DNA of 64,000 nucleotides from Trichosphaerium sp. ATCC 40318. Lineage: Eukaryota > Protista > Tubulinea. Within the stretch, counting starts at the first letter, position 1. Each line of letters starts with the position of its first letter. Shown piece after piece: positions 50,220 to 63,459 of this stretch. Both the position numbers and the translations under genes were made by a program. The stretch is from the NCBI GenBank assembly GCA_038496445.1, contig JALMLS010000065.1:124001-188000 (forward strand), read 5' to 3'. Under the pieces are notes generated by a model. That model did not search any database and was not told the DNA's origin. It worked only from the letters and a program-made list of their open reading frames with translations.

Positions 50220-50480
50220 GGCTTGCTACTACGTGTGGTGGCTATTTTCAAACACTAGCGTAGCATTAAAACAAAATGTGAATTAGTAAAACGTGTTTAG
50301 CAATTAGGTGTAACAAAAATAATGAGGAATGTCTGTTGTTCAATAGAAATGATATCAATCCAAACTCGGCTATCACGTGATTAACAATTTGCTGTCAAAA
50401 AGATGACTTGCTCATTTCGGATGAAACCAGAAAATAGTAGCGCTTAATTTTCTATTTATTGAGCACAAGTGTTCGTAATT

Positions 50481-50565
50481 CAGAAAGTGAGTTCTTAGCA
50501 CTCTAGTAGATCTAGTAAGAATTGACAATTCTGTCAAAAGGTGTAGATCTACCACAATGTGAATT
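50481..50565 (+). mobile_element. Second, truncated relic of the transposon left subterminal region
   Basis: AGAAAGTGAGTTCTTAGCACTCTAGTAGATCTAGTAAGAATTGACA matches 21310-21356. Confidence 0.7.
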
Positions 50566-51399
50566 ATTTGCTTTACAATACTGTCCTTCATAGTATGGCT
50601 TACTTAACTTAAATCATAGCAAAATTTTCAATGTCAGCTCACCGTCTATCCATTTTCTTCGCTGGAAAGATCGCAATATTACCTAGGCACTGTACGTGGT
50701 ACGTTCAAGCCACAGAAGTCATTTGGTAGCTAAAAGAAAACGTACGATGGCTAACAGCTAAATATTGGTATGATTAGACTCAAACACTGTGTTCGACGTT
50801 GTTTTACGTGATGAAAAACCAACTGTATTGTACAAGTAAGTGTAAAGTTTACTAGCACTACAACTAGCGCCTGCCTACGCTGTCAATAGCGCTATCCCGG
50901 CATCAATAGGGTTATAGCGTTGAAAAAATCATACACAACAATTCAAACCAGTAAAACGACGCTACCATATGGTTTGTAAACGCCGCCAGGTATCAAATAT
51001 GTAAATAAACAATTTTGGTTTGAGTTTGAAAAATCACGTGTTTTTGAGACGGATTCATAACTTTTTCGCTTGACGCCTGCTCCCAGCAGGCTGATTAAAT
51101 TTTGAATGAGACTCTACAATAACTCAGTATACCTTTTTACCATTACTGGTTGTTTAGGGTGGCTACATCACGTCTGTGTTACCTAGATTATTCGTGTACA
51201 AGCAAGGTGGGTACAATGGTATTAGGAACTTTGTTTTATTGATAAAGGCAGGTTTTTACAGTTTAGAAATTTCTGTTGTTGGTTTTTTAAAAGATTTAAT
51301 CTTGCACAGAACCTCAAGTAGTTTGCGTACAATACCATAACATCATAACTAGTAAATCAGCGTTAGAATATGCTAAGAACTAGTATAGCTTACGTAGTG

Positions 51400-51582
51400 C
51401 TAGTAGCATCTGTAACCATAGCATCCGTGGTTTGGACGGCAGATTGTAGGACGAGGAGGATGGGTTGGGCGTGGAGGTGGGCATGAAGGTCTACATATTG
51501 ATGGTCTACAACCGCCTCCGCAAGCAATGCTAGGGCGTGGGGTAGGGCGGTAAGTAGGGCGATGAACTCCGTAGTAAGGCAT
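51400..51582 (-). CDS. 60-aa Cys/Pro/Arg/Tyr-rich peptide, copy 3 (7 Cys)
   Basis: MPYYGVHRPTYRPTPRPSIACGGGCRPSICRPSCPPPRPTHPPRPTICRPNHGCYGYRCY. Confidence 0.85.
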   Translation of the reverse strand: MPYYGVHRPTYRPTPRPSIACGGGCRPSICRPSCPPPRPTHPPRPTICRPNHGCYGYRCY

Positions 51583-52207
51583 GTTGCTGTGTGTTGGTGA
51601 AAAGTTGTAGTTTGATGCCTAGTGAAAGTTGCTAAGTGACGTTTTCATCTTTCTAGAAGTTCAATGTGAATAATTATCCAAATACTATGATGTTTGTCTG
51701 CGTATATCATGTACAACCCTAACTCAGGTGTTGGCTTGAGGAATAAAAAAATATCACGCCACGTGGTTCAAAATGTTGATGTATTTCGAGGTCCGTTATT
51801 GTTTGAAAGAAGTTATTCTACTTGTAACATGAAAATAGAATGATATTTGAGATATTTGTACTTGGTGAAATATGACAGGTAGACTTATTTTGGTAGTTTG
51901 ACTAAACAGCACTATTCTAAACATACTAGAAGTTTAAGAAGTGGTAGGAAGCGAACCAATAATCAATCCTTGAACAAACTTATAATGGACGAACATGGGG
52001 TTTGTCTATATTCCCTACGCATGTGCTCACTGTACTGACACTGTAACAGCAAAAATAAGTGGGCATAGTGGTGAACATTAAAACTACCATTAGTATGTCA
52101 GTAGTCAGTGGAGGCGGGAATACACAAACACATAGCTTAACACCGGCTAAAATACAGTCATTTCTCATCATCCAAACAAACAACAAACAACAACTCTCAT
52201 AAAAACA

Positions 52208-52746
52208 ATGACTTCTATCTGTGTTGAAGACGGCTGTGTTAAAGTTGAGTACGACGTACCAGCAAACCTCGATGACAAGACCACATACTGTTGTAAAGTC
52301 AAGTTTACCAACAAGCTTCCAATTCCAATCACCGACTGCTTGGCTTATGTCGATGTTGATGAAGACTCTCCTTTCCACTCTGAGGTCATGACGTGCGGTG
52401 GTTCTGGTGATCTCGATAAAGTTACACTCGATTTTGGTCATATCCCTGCTGGAAAGTACGTACTCAAAGCACAAACAACTTTCGACCTGTTTTTTTTTGA
52501 TCAATGAATAAAAGTGGTCGTTCATGTCTTTTGTCTTTCTCCAAAATTCTTCGCCTCACCAACGTCAACTCACCATTATTTTTTTTTAGAACTAAGAGCA
52601 GAGGATTCAAGTTCGCATTCCCAAAACTTGACAAGGACATGCCAAAGCAAAACTTCCATGGTATCTTCCAATTGGCTCCAAAATTTGAAGTCGACTACTC
52701 CAAATGGGGTGGTGCTTCAAAGGAAGCCGATGTCACTGCCAAATAA
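52208..52746 (+). CDS. 134-aa predicted Ig-like protein, copy B
   Basis: Exons 52208-52455 and 52590-52746 (405 nt); protein identical to copy A. Confidence 0.88.
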
Positions 52747-53524
52747 ATACTGAAATGAATATCCAATTACAGTTGTACAAGACTGATCATGGTCTCTGTG
52801 TCAAAAATAAAAACAATTTAAATAACTCTTTTTTTTCTTATCACGTTTTTTTATCAGTCTTCTCAAAAGTAATCGTGTTCAAACCATACTATGAAACCAA
52901 CCTAATCTGTCAAAACCAAGAACGAACTTGATTTCAGCACGATAGCAAAATTCCAGCCACATGCTTTACTGACAGTCCAGATTGCACAATACCTCAATTT
53001 CTTTACCTAAACACGTGGCATCCTCACGTCAATGTTTCTTGCCCATCTCTCAGGCTTTTCACCCTATTGTCATTGAAAGAGTACCTTTGCTTCGAACATA
53101 CCAAAGCAACTACGCGGCCGATGAGCGTTAGCAAGTCTTCGCCGGCTGGAGGAACTCGGTTATTTTTTCTGAGCAGAATAGACGTTTCCTTTGGCACTAA
53201 CACTCTAAACAACGTCGATTGCACGCTGCCAGCCGGACCAAGTTATGTTCAAAGTTACCCGAAGCTACATTGATCTGTAAAAGGTTGTTTTAACTCATTG
53301 ATAGTTGCAGCTAATGCACCTACAGCCTTTTCTTGACTTAAACTCCTAGCACTTACGACATTTGTTCATGAGTTACAACTGAATTATATACGACAACTTG
53401 CTTGTAGGTTACGTAATTCGAATAAGACTAAGGTTTACTAAAGTACAAAAAAAAGTAAATTGTGTTTTTTGTGATTTTGTTGAATTGTTGTTTCAAAAAA
53501 CGTGCAAGGTCTATTTTGGCTTTC

Positions 53525-54825
53525 TCACAAAAATACTATCTGTATCGTGACAGTAAAGAGGTCTAGAAAAACAAATAAGAAAATTGAAAGAACTTAAAAC
53601 CATAAAACGAGTGAGTCAGAGTGAAATACTTATCAACGTACTTTGCGAGTTTATATAGAGTCTTCTCAAAGTGGTATGAAACACCTACATTAATTTCTGC
53701 AAAGCAACGCCTCCAAAACTGATCAGGAAGTATAATCCAACCCCAAATTCTATGTTTTGGAGTTCTACACATGCTTACTTCTTCATTCAACCCGAACCAA
53801 AGAGAACCTAAATAAAACGAAAAAACATTAGTTTTCACAAAAAAAAATCCTAGCTACGCGCACGAGTAGCGTAAGCTGATTAAGCAACGAACGTCATTGC
53901 AGCGCACATAAACAGGAAGTTTTAAACAACTACGTACCACCTGGCCTCAGCATTTTGTACATCTGATGAGCAACACTACATACTTCTGATGGGTTGTTTA
54001 AGAACTGTAAAACGCCCCAAGAATAGACGTGATCCCAGACCTTGTCTTCAGCTTTTATAGTTTTGTAGAGTGTCCTCATATCAGCTTCATAGAATGTTCC
54101 ATTGGGATGATGAGTTCTAACGGCCTTTATATTCGAAGGAGAGATATCTATACCACCAAACTTTGAAAAGTTGAATATATGCTGAAAATCGTCTAGCCAT
54201 GCGCCACAGCCAGTACCAACCTCGAATATAGAATCACCAGCCTACTGATGTTAGCATACACGCGTTTAAACGTAATAATAAGTCCAGATGTCAAAGTTTC
54301 AATTGCACAAAGTTTCAAAGCGTACTTTGATGCCGAGCTGTTTACCAGCCTCCTTAGCAATGCTACGACGTTCTCCTAGCCTTGCCTGATTTAAAGCTGA
54401 ATACGAACGTGTTTTGGTCTTACAAGTGGTTTTACCCAAATTCTTGTACGACGTGAGCGTAATATTAACTAGATCAGCACCAGCGTTCTTTTGAAGAGTG
54501 TCAACACACATTATTAGTAAAAGACGTTTAAACGCGTACAGTATGTCTACGATGAAACCACTCTCCGTATTTGCTGTATTTAATGATAGTTGTACCAATT
54601 CTTTTAATCTAATAAAGCTAATAAGGTCAAATTCGCGTTAATAAGAATATAAACCTCCTCGTTCTCTCGATACTCTTGTTTGTGATAATTTATAGTTGTT
54701 TGTTCTTTAGGCAGAAGAACGTGATGGCCTCGCTTCGCGGAGCTGTATGCAGAGTAGAATAGTAAAAAAAAAACCTGTAGAGCGCATACTGAGGCAGCAA
54801 GAATCTTAACACGCTTTGACACCAT
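53525..54825 (-). CDS. Membrane-anchored class I SAM-dependent methyltransferase
   Basis: N-terminal TM segment; SIFEVGTGCGAWL (motif I), GGIDISP; 3' end approximate. Confidence 0.65.
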
Positions 54826-54984
54826 GGGTGCTAATAACAAGATATACGCTAACAAAAAAGTAATACATGGTCAAATACGCAATAACCACGTGGTTAATAT
54901 TCTCACAATTGAAAAAGAAAAAAAAAGCAGACGTAATTTTACAAAAATACGCTTTATTTCGCATCTGTTGCAACTCGGGTTATT

Positions 54985-57900
54985 TTATACATCATTTACA
55001 ATATCCTGCCATGCTACATCACCACGAACACGAAAGAAAAAAGGGTTATGAGGCTTTCCAGACTTTTGCCATCCCTTTTGTTTCGAAAAAAAATAAGTTA
55101 ATCAAATCCAATTTTTTTGTCAGATTTTTTTGACACTAACCTGGTGTGTTATAGTAAGTACTGTTCCATAAGCAGGTGGGTTTTTAAGATCTTGTACGCT
55201 ACAACGCACAAATATCTCTTCATTTGAAGGTCTAAATGAGTAAGCCAGAGATAACGAAGCAGAGTCGTACAATTTACATAATAAGAAACTTGATGTGTCA
55301 TGAGGACGTAGCATCATGACTTCCATATCCGATACAGGCTATATTACTACTGTTAATAAAAAATCATTATCTAGATTAAGTACCTTCATTTTTACAGCTG
55401 TAGGATGCCTTCCAGGTACATACTTTGATTCAGGCTTCCTAAGTACCAATCCTTCGCCTTTTGAAAAACAGAGTCAGATACTTTTTGAAGTCTGCGATGT
55501 TCATTCTATTCAGGGTACCTCCTTTCTTCAATACTCTATTAAGGTGTTCTTTTGGATGATTTGAATCAGTACACTGAACATAAGCTACCTTCTGGATCCA
55601 AGAAAAGTTGCGCAATCTCTCAAAAGTTGATTCCAAATAAGTTTGTCTCTCTACAAAAAAAGTTAATGATTAGCACTGTGTTAGTTAGAATTACCTTCAA
55701 ATGTCTTATCTGGCATAGGAGTATCAAACACAAGATAGGATATGCCTAGGTTATTATAAATTATCCATGTTGTTCTTATGATAACACTACCTTTCCAATT
55801 AGGAGTTTTTGTATTATACAATAATCCAAGCAACCTATCTCTCTGTCCGTACCCAGCCCTATAAAAAGTTATTGATTAGGCGCTTCGCAAATATACTTGC
55901 CATAGTTCTCCATCAAGTGGAATGCCAGAAGGTAGCGCACTCAAGGCACTAGCGGGAGCAGGAATGATTTTACCATTTTTTGAATAAAGTTGTTGTCCTA
56001 TTAAAAAAAGTCAGTAAATCTTCTAACAAGACAATGCGAACTACCATCCCAGAAAGCACGTATTCCATCATATTTTTCTGATAGCCACCTAAATAAATAA
56101 GCACTAACATAACAGCAAAGGTAAACCAATAGGCTCACCATCCAGTGTAGTCGACATTTTCATTATAATTTAACAAATTCATCAATCCTGATTGTCTCGA
56201 TGCTGCATCAAGTATTATTAGAGTACATAACAGTAAAAACTCGTACATTCGCTACGTGAAGTATTGAGCAAAGGTGTAACACCTCTCCGTACAGCCAACG
56301 GTATATCTGGCCTATTACTTCAATAAGAAAGAAAAACAAGAAAAAAAAAAGAAATCTGAGCAAAACTAACCTAAAATGGCGTATTGTCGCTTTTATACTT
56401 TCACGATCTCCTTTCCACCAAAAAGGTATAGGAATAAGTGTAATACCTAGAAGTGATAATAAGTATTCACTGTCTGCTGAATTAAAAAAAAGTGGATAAT
56501 AAAATAATACTTGGGCGCATCAAATTCCTTGAGATTTTCTAATGCACTTTTTATCGATAACGTTGAAGTTTTTATATGATTTACGTTGGCTCACCTTGTG
56601 CTTTGCAAGCTTGTAGTTTCTCCATATCTCTTCGTTCTTGTAGACTCGCTGGAGAGAACTTTCGCGGATAATCAAAGTAATGTTGTTCACCTTGATACTC
56701 GAATGCCAAATTTAAAGCAGGAACAAAAACATCAAGAGTAACCCAACCTTGTGTAGTATCACGTCTTAATCCGACATTATACTCTTGAACAATATCAAGA
56801 TCTGATAGAATTTCAGATACACAACGATACAACCACCTGTTAAAAAGAAGAGAGTTAGAGGATGCAAAATATGAAAAAAAGCAGCTGGAAAAGTACTTTT
56901 GTTGTGAGAGTTTGTGTGGATCCTTGAACCTATCCCATTTCCATTTATGTTCAGGTAATATCATTTGAATTGCTCTAGGCCAATATCTAAGAAATCCACC
57001 GCCACCCAATGCAGTAATTTGAGGCTGAGAGATTTCATACCTTTTGAATAAAATGAGAAAAAAGTGAAGTTTTGAACAAAGAATGTATTCCTCATACCAT
57101 ACTTCTGGTGTTTCTACGTTTAAACTCTTTTGAATACGTTTTAAAAAATCCCTCACATTACCTCGGTTATGCCAGAAGCCTGATTTTTGCTTTTCAACTA
57201 AAGTATCGAAACACCAATGAAAATCAGGATAGGTGGCACATAACATTGTTGAGATACCTTGTTGGTACCTATGATCAAACATCAGTTAAGCTATATTCAT
57301 GTAGATAAGGTAGTACGTGCCTGTTCAGCAAAAACATACCACCAATAGATGCAATGTCTTTGTGAGAGACATTATGCCAGTCACCAAGAGTTTTAACTCC
57401 AAGTTGATAGCTAGCACGTTCAATTGCTTTTTGTTGTGTCCGTGAAGAGTGTGCAGAAAGCTGACTTTATAAACAAGTATGTTAATCACAGTTATCGTGA
57501 AAGTGTTCGCTATAAGCGTACTTGAATTTACTATCCACCCACGTGTAGTTATCATAGATTGCTTGAAGTGCTTTGATAGTTCCAACACCACTTCTGTTGT
57601 ACCTTAAAAAAAACTAGTGTTACAACCCCTCCTTCTTAAATTCTGATCTAAGAGGCTACCTAGATAATACATCTTCACCACCATTGTCACAAATAACACG
57701 ATAGGATACATTGTACCAACCATCGAGTGTTTTCAAACCGATTGATTCTCCTATTTTATCAAATTTTAAACGTTGTCTTTTGATGTCACTCCAATATCCT
57801 TGCATGTACCTATAACATCACGTGTTACTTACGACATTAGTGCGGTTTTTTACGTACTCAAAGTTATGTAGATTCCATTTATAATCAGGGTAGATGTTAG

Positions 57901-58186
57901 GGAGCATATCAACGATAGATTCATAGCTAGGCTAGTCAACTCACGTTTTTTTGTTGTTTACTGTGTACCTCTCCAATACAAAGCTACCTCCATTCTGTGC
58001 TATTTTGGCCCATGTTACACGGCGTAAATCGCTTTTTACCTTGATGTTCAACTTTGGCGCCAGAGTGTTGTCGAAAAAGCGCCTATGTAGGCGGGTACGC
58101 GCCGTAGCTGAGAGACGAGCTGTTTTAAGTGTCAATAAGCATTAAAATCCATAAATGTTGAACGGTTATATCTAGGACGTACACAT
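54985..58186 (-). CDS. Fusion protein: mitochondrial presequence, Trp-rich repeats, DUF559/RAP-like PD-(D/E)xK nuclease domain and ATP-dependent DNA ligase
   Basis: Spliced in frame: TLDVFVPALNLAFEYQGEQHY..GITLIPIPFWW, then WLSEKYDGIRAFWDG, LDGELW, YLVFD, GEGLVLR, KMK, GKPHNPFFFRVR. Confidence 0.85.
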
Positions 58187-58362
58187 TCACTGTTTTCAGG
58201 CATATGCGGCAAAGGTAGAATTAAAAACACGCTCAGCGTTGCCAATTGCCCGCTTAACAATTTCAACTCGTCTCACACCAACACTAGCTTGGCAGAGCGA
58301 GTATAATTTACGAGACTCAAGTTTAAGTTGAATGAAAATACAAACTTTTCAAAAGAACTCAC

Positions 58363-59221
58363 ATGAAACTGCTCCTCTGTATTGCTGTCGCTTTTATTGC
58401 TGTTACTTGTGCCGCTGACTGGGCTGATAGAGGTTTACCAGCAAATGTCGCATGGATGAAGTACGTGGCAGCTTAGTATTTTGAAACGACACGCTACAAC
58501 CTTTCTGTGCATTAACAACAAGTATAGCTATGAAGACGCCAAAGCAGCTGCCGCTGAAAATGGCAAGCCAATTATGGTTCTCTTCACCCAGCCATGGTGT
58601 GGCGCTTGCAAAAGCTTAAAAGGCTCTTTGGTAAGTTAAAAAAGCGCTAGCAAGGATTCTTCGGCGCCACTAACGCTGTACTGTAGACTAGCGACCTAGA
58701 GGAAGACTTTGGCGCAGCCTCAGAAGCCTTCAACATGGTTAACATCGAAGGAGACGGTGAAGTACGTAAACACTGCCGTAAAACAATGCCTTCGCGTCAC
58801 AAAGTCTTGCGAACCTTCTTTTTTGGAACTCAAACGCAATAGGACCCATCTGACGACAATGACTTCAAAAAGGATGGATCATACATTCCACGCGTATTTT
58901 TTGGTGCGTTAACCATAGAGTATTACTAGTAGGCAAGCTAATTCATTGTTACAGCAAATTCCAACGCTGAGGTCGACCATGACTTGTACAATGAGCAAGG
59001 AAACCCACAATACAAGTATTACTATCCAAACGGCAAAGTACGTATCCCTCTGGAATAACTGACTCGCAAGACGTTGTTGCTTTCCAAATTTGAAAAAAGA
59101 ATTCTTTGACATCTTTGTCTGATTTTTTGTTACTAACTAACATTATTAGTCTCTTATTGACGCTATGAACAACGCTGTTGAAGCATTTGAAGCAATTGCT
59201 GAAGAAAAGACAGATTTATAA
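58363..59221 (+). CDS. ER thioredoxin-like protein (ERp18/TXNDC12 family)
   Basis: Signal peptide, WCGACK, YIPRVFF, PQYKYYY, C-terminal KTDL. Confidence 0.88.
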
Positions 59222-59649
59222 CTGCCTAACTACGCTAGTGGTGATCGTACATTTAACCACTGTTTTAAACAATAAAAATAACTTGATTGACTGCGTTCCA
59301 ATTTATCTACGACACGCGCTTGTGAGGCAACAGAATGGTCGTTTAACTGGAGAACGATACAACTGTTTGTAGTATAACTTAGATCTTTGTATAAGCGTGT
59401 GATGACCTGACATTAACTTTTTTTGGCTAAGCTGCCAGAACCCTTTTCTGTTGCTGTAGTGATGTTATGGCCTGAGGTTTGCCATGGAATACATTCAAAG
59501 AGCCCTACCGTTACACCTTGGCGGTTTCTTGAAGGGAATATCAAACCTGACAATATTTGTGCAAGTAAACTTGAAATACGCTGAACTTTGTGTGACTTTC
59601 AGTGAACAGAATGCAAAATGTTTGCCATTTGTCTTCATTTATCATTTAG

Positions 59650-60239
<590 letters not shown>

Positions 60240-60329
60240 AGAGTAAGCACACAAACTTTGTAAATTAAAAGTAATAAAACTATCAAAATATCAATGTCCC
60301 TGTCACGTGTATTATTATTTGTTTGTGCT

Positions 60330-61427
60330 ATTTATACAATATGAAGTATGTATCTGTTTTCTGCTATATGTCTCTTCACAGCTTCCTCCTTTAATACAAA
60401 GTGCTGTGAAAAACGAACCAGGAGCGAATCCATCCTTCTTAACATTTAACCCTGTTTCTGCCCATGGGAAGTCAAACTATACAAAACTGTCATGTGGCAA
60501 GTATTATTATTGAAATGTAGTACCAAAGCCGCTTCGGCAATGAAGGTTATGAATACAGTTGCACCTTGCTTAATTTTCTTAAGACCTAGTGTAACAAACT
60601 TGTATTGATCTTCACTCGTGATGGTTAAACTGAATTCCTTTCGTTTCTTTTGGAATGAAATGAGTTAGTATATGTTGGTAGCAATGAATAAGATAGTAAT
60701 AAGTGTACATGAGGGTCATTAGGATCGATTACTATGATTGTCATTCCATTCTTTTTGTCTACCTTGACATGATCATTAATAGAGGTTTCTGAACCGTATG
60801 TCTCTCCTGGAGCTGGAATTGTAACTTCTATAAATGTTCCTTTGCAGTCTTGACGTGTTATTTTTAGAGGTATGACATCACGTGTTTGATTACTTTTCTG
60901 GACTATATGTGGAGGTGTAGGAGGACGTTTCATCGGTTTTATACGTGGTATTGTTTTATCCTGCATCGGGTTACGATTCGTCTTTGTAGGCTTTGCTTTC
61001 TTTGTCGGCTTTATTTTCGGGGTTGACTTTACTACCGGCTTTATTTTCGGCTCATGTACCACCGTTCTTTGGGTTATCGTCTGTTGATCTTTAGATTTTA
61101 CTTTGTCGTTGTTACCACTAATTTGTATAATAGCTGTACGAGGTTTTCGTCTTAAGATAATCTACACGTGATAAAAATGTTAACAATCATAAAAAAAGAT
61201 GTTTTCTAAAGCACAGACGCACGGTGAATAATAAAAAGAGTAATTGAATGACTACAAGAGCTAACATTATACGACAACATAGAGAACTCCATGAAAACGC
61301 TTCGTTCTGTTTTGGAGCAGATACTGTGTATTTTCTGAGTCCTCTTATGCCTTTCTTTATATTTTTGTATCTAGAGCCTTTACTTCGTTCTTTATTGCTA
61401 TTTCTCATCCTAAATATGATGTTACAT
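60330..61427 (-). CDS. Type II membrane-like protein with Lys/Pro/Thr-rich stalk
   Basis: Basic N-terminus, TM segment IMLALVVIQLLFLLF, PKIKP repeats; boundaries approximate. Confidence 0.45.
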
Positions 61428-61647
61428 GCGTTGCGTATTCTTTCTACTGTTAAGGAAATCTACTAATTGGAGAAACTTAACCATATCTTTTTGTGAGGTA
61501 TTTTTCGCACTAGTTCTTCCTGTTAGGCTTAAGTGGACGGTGCAAAGTAAATCGTGTTTGCTCGAACATTCATTAGCAGTTTGTCAATGGTGTCACGTGA
61601 TAAGTAGTTTGCAATTAGATTGCGTTTATTAAAGGAGGCTTTAGAGT

Positions 61648-63195
61648 TTAACATGACTCATGCTTACTGAGCTTTTTTTGATTAGCTGTAACATTCCATC
61701 GTGCAACGTATAGCCCAGTATAAGTACCAGAAGTAAGAAATGTATGCTTTGTCTTATCCTTAAAGTAAACATGAAGATTACCAGTATATCTTTGAGTTAT
61801 AGGTGATTTAAATTGGTCTATGGATCCAGTAACTCTGCTTCTTTTTGGTATTGTGAGGACAGTGCTTGAAGATACTTCACGTGATGTATCAGAACACTTT
61901 TCTTGATTAGTCTACATAATAAGCAATTAATAAATACTCAGGGAGCTACTGTATTGGCCGTACTGTTGTGCTTAATCCCCACTTGAATTCTGCGCCAGCT
62001 GCAAAAATTTCTGGTAAAGCAGCAGCTATTGAAATACTTATCTCAAGATTTTCTGTGGTACTTTTACTGAAGCATTCTTTTGTTCCCTAGAAACATTAGT
62101 TTTAGCCAATCTATAGATTCAATTTGCTATACATTCAACAAATGACACGAAGATAAAAATGGCACTTTCGAATGATTGTTTTCAGGCAAAAACAGGTTTA
62201 AAGTACCGTTGTTTCTGTAAACTTCACAGTTTGTTCCTGGTCCTTATCTATGTTGTTACAAAAATTTATTGGTATAAGTACTACTGGTTTAAGACCACCA
62301 GTATACTTAGAAAGGTCAGGGTAAACAACATTGCTCAACTCGGAATGATCTATATCCTTTACGAACGTGAAAGTAAGAGCATCAATATCATCACCTCGCC
62401 GCCCTTACAAAAAAGTGTCACGTGGTATTTTACTTTCAGTTCTTGGTCCATTTTGCGTACCTGCAATACCAGACAGTATACCACTACCTATATTTAGTAC
62501 ATGCTTAGGTTGGTTAGGATCTCCTGTTTCGAATTTTCTACCAAGGTTTGTGTCGAACTAAAAAGACGGTTTTAGAAAAATCCAATGGTCTATTTTCTCT
62601 GATCTCTTTTCAAGCGCACGTGCCTTTATATATCCAGCGAGATAACTAAAAACATTTGGGGAAACAATAAAAGAGGTAATACGCTCATCTGGTTCAAAAT
62701 TAAAAGATCTAAGCAGAGAATCGGTTTTCCCTGACTTTTGGAGCCAAATTAGGATAATATTATTAAACGCAATGTCGGATGATTAAAACCTCACCATTAC
62801 GTTTGATCCATCTGTCAATGTAACACGAATACCAGTAATCTTTCCAAATACCGTAGATTCAGGTGTCCATACGTCTATTGATGATACAAAAGTACCATTG
62901 CGATGAAATTGAAAAAAGCCCTTTCAAAAAAAATTTAAAAAACTGATTTACCAAGCTTCTTTCAGCTTTCGTACGCCGCCACAACCTCCATAACATGTAT
63001 CGCCACTGCCTGTGACAAGTATTAAGATTCACCATTCAATACATGTTAACCTAAACCGAAAAACAAACAAAAAGGCTGACGAGGTTGAAAACAGGTTGTA
63101 GTACCTGATATTTCATAGTCGTAAAGCTGAATATTACATTTACATGCGCTAACGTATACGACTAATGAAGCCAAAAGTAAAAAGTATCTAAACAT
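61648..63195 (-). CDS. Secreted jacalin-lectin plus aerolysin-type pore-forming protein (Dln1/Aep1/natterin-like)
   Basis: Signal peptide; YGGCGG, GRRGDDIDALTFTF..LSNVVYP, Ser/Thr-rich hairpin region ISIAAALPEI..AEFKWGLSTT, YTG....GTYTGL; collinear with fish Dln1 as recalled. Confidence 0.8.
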
Positions 63196-63459
63196 GCGAT
63201 CTTCTTCGTAGTTTTCAGTTTAAACTTGATCACGTGACTTAAACCTGTTTTGTGACCACACAAAAACCCTTTCAAACTTCACCATGACCCGCAGTTGACA
63301 TCAAAAATATACGCTAGTTATGGGTTTTAAAAATAGGTCTAGCCTTACCAGCCATCTCAGTTAACAACGCAACACTTTATGGAACAAAGAGACGAAGATA
63401 ATAATATCTAGAGATAAGTAGTAACAACATGCAAGGCGTGTTATGGGAAGTCGTTTATT

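Noticed and set aside
51980-52525. 181-aa minus-strand ORF (and its 108-aa counterpart at 26915)
   Set aside because: Antisense to the Ig-like gene; its length is not conserved between copies
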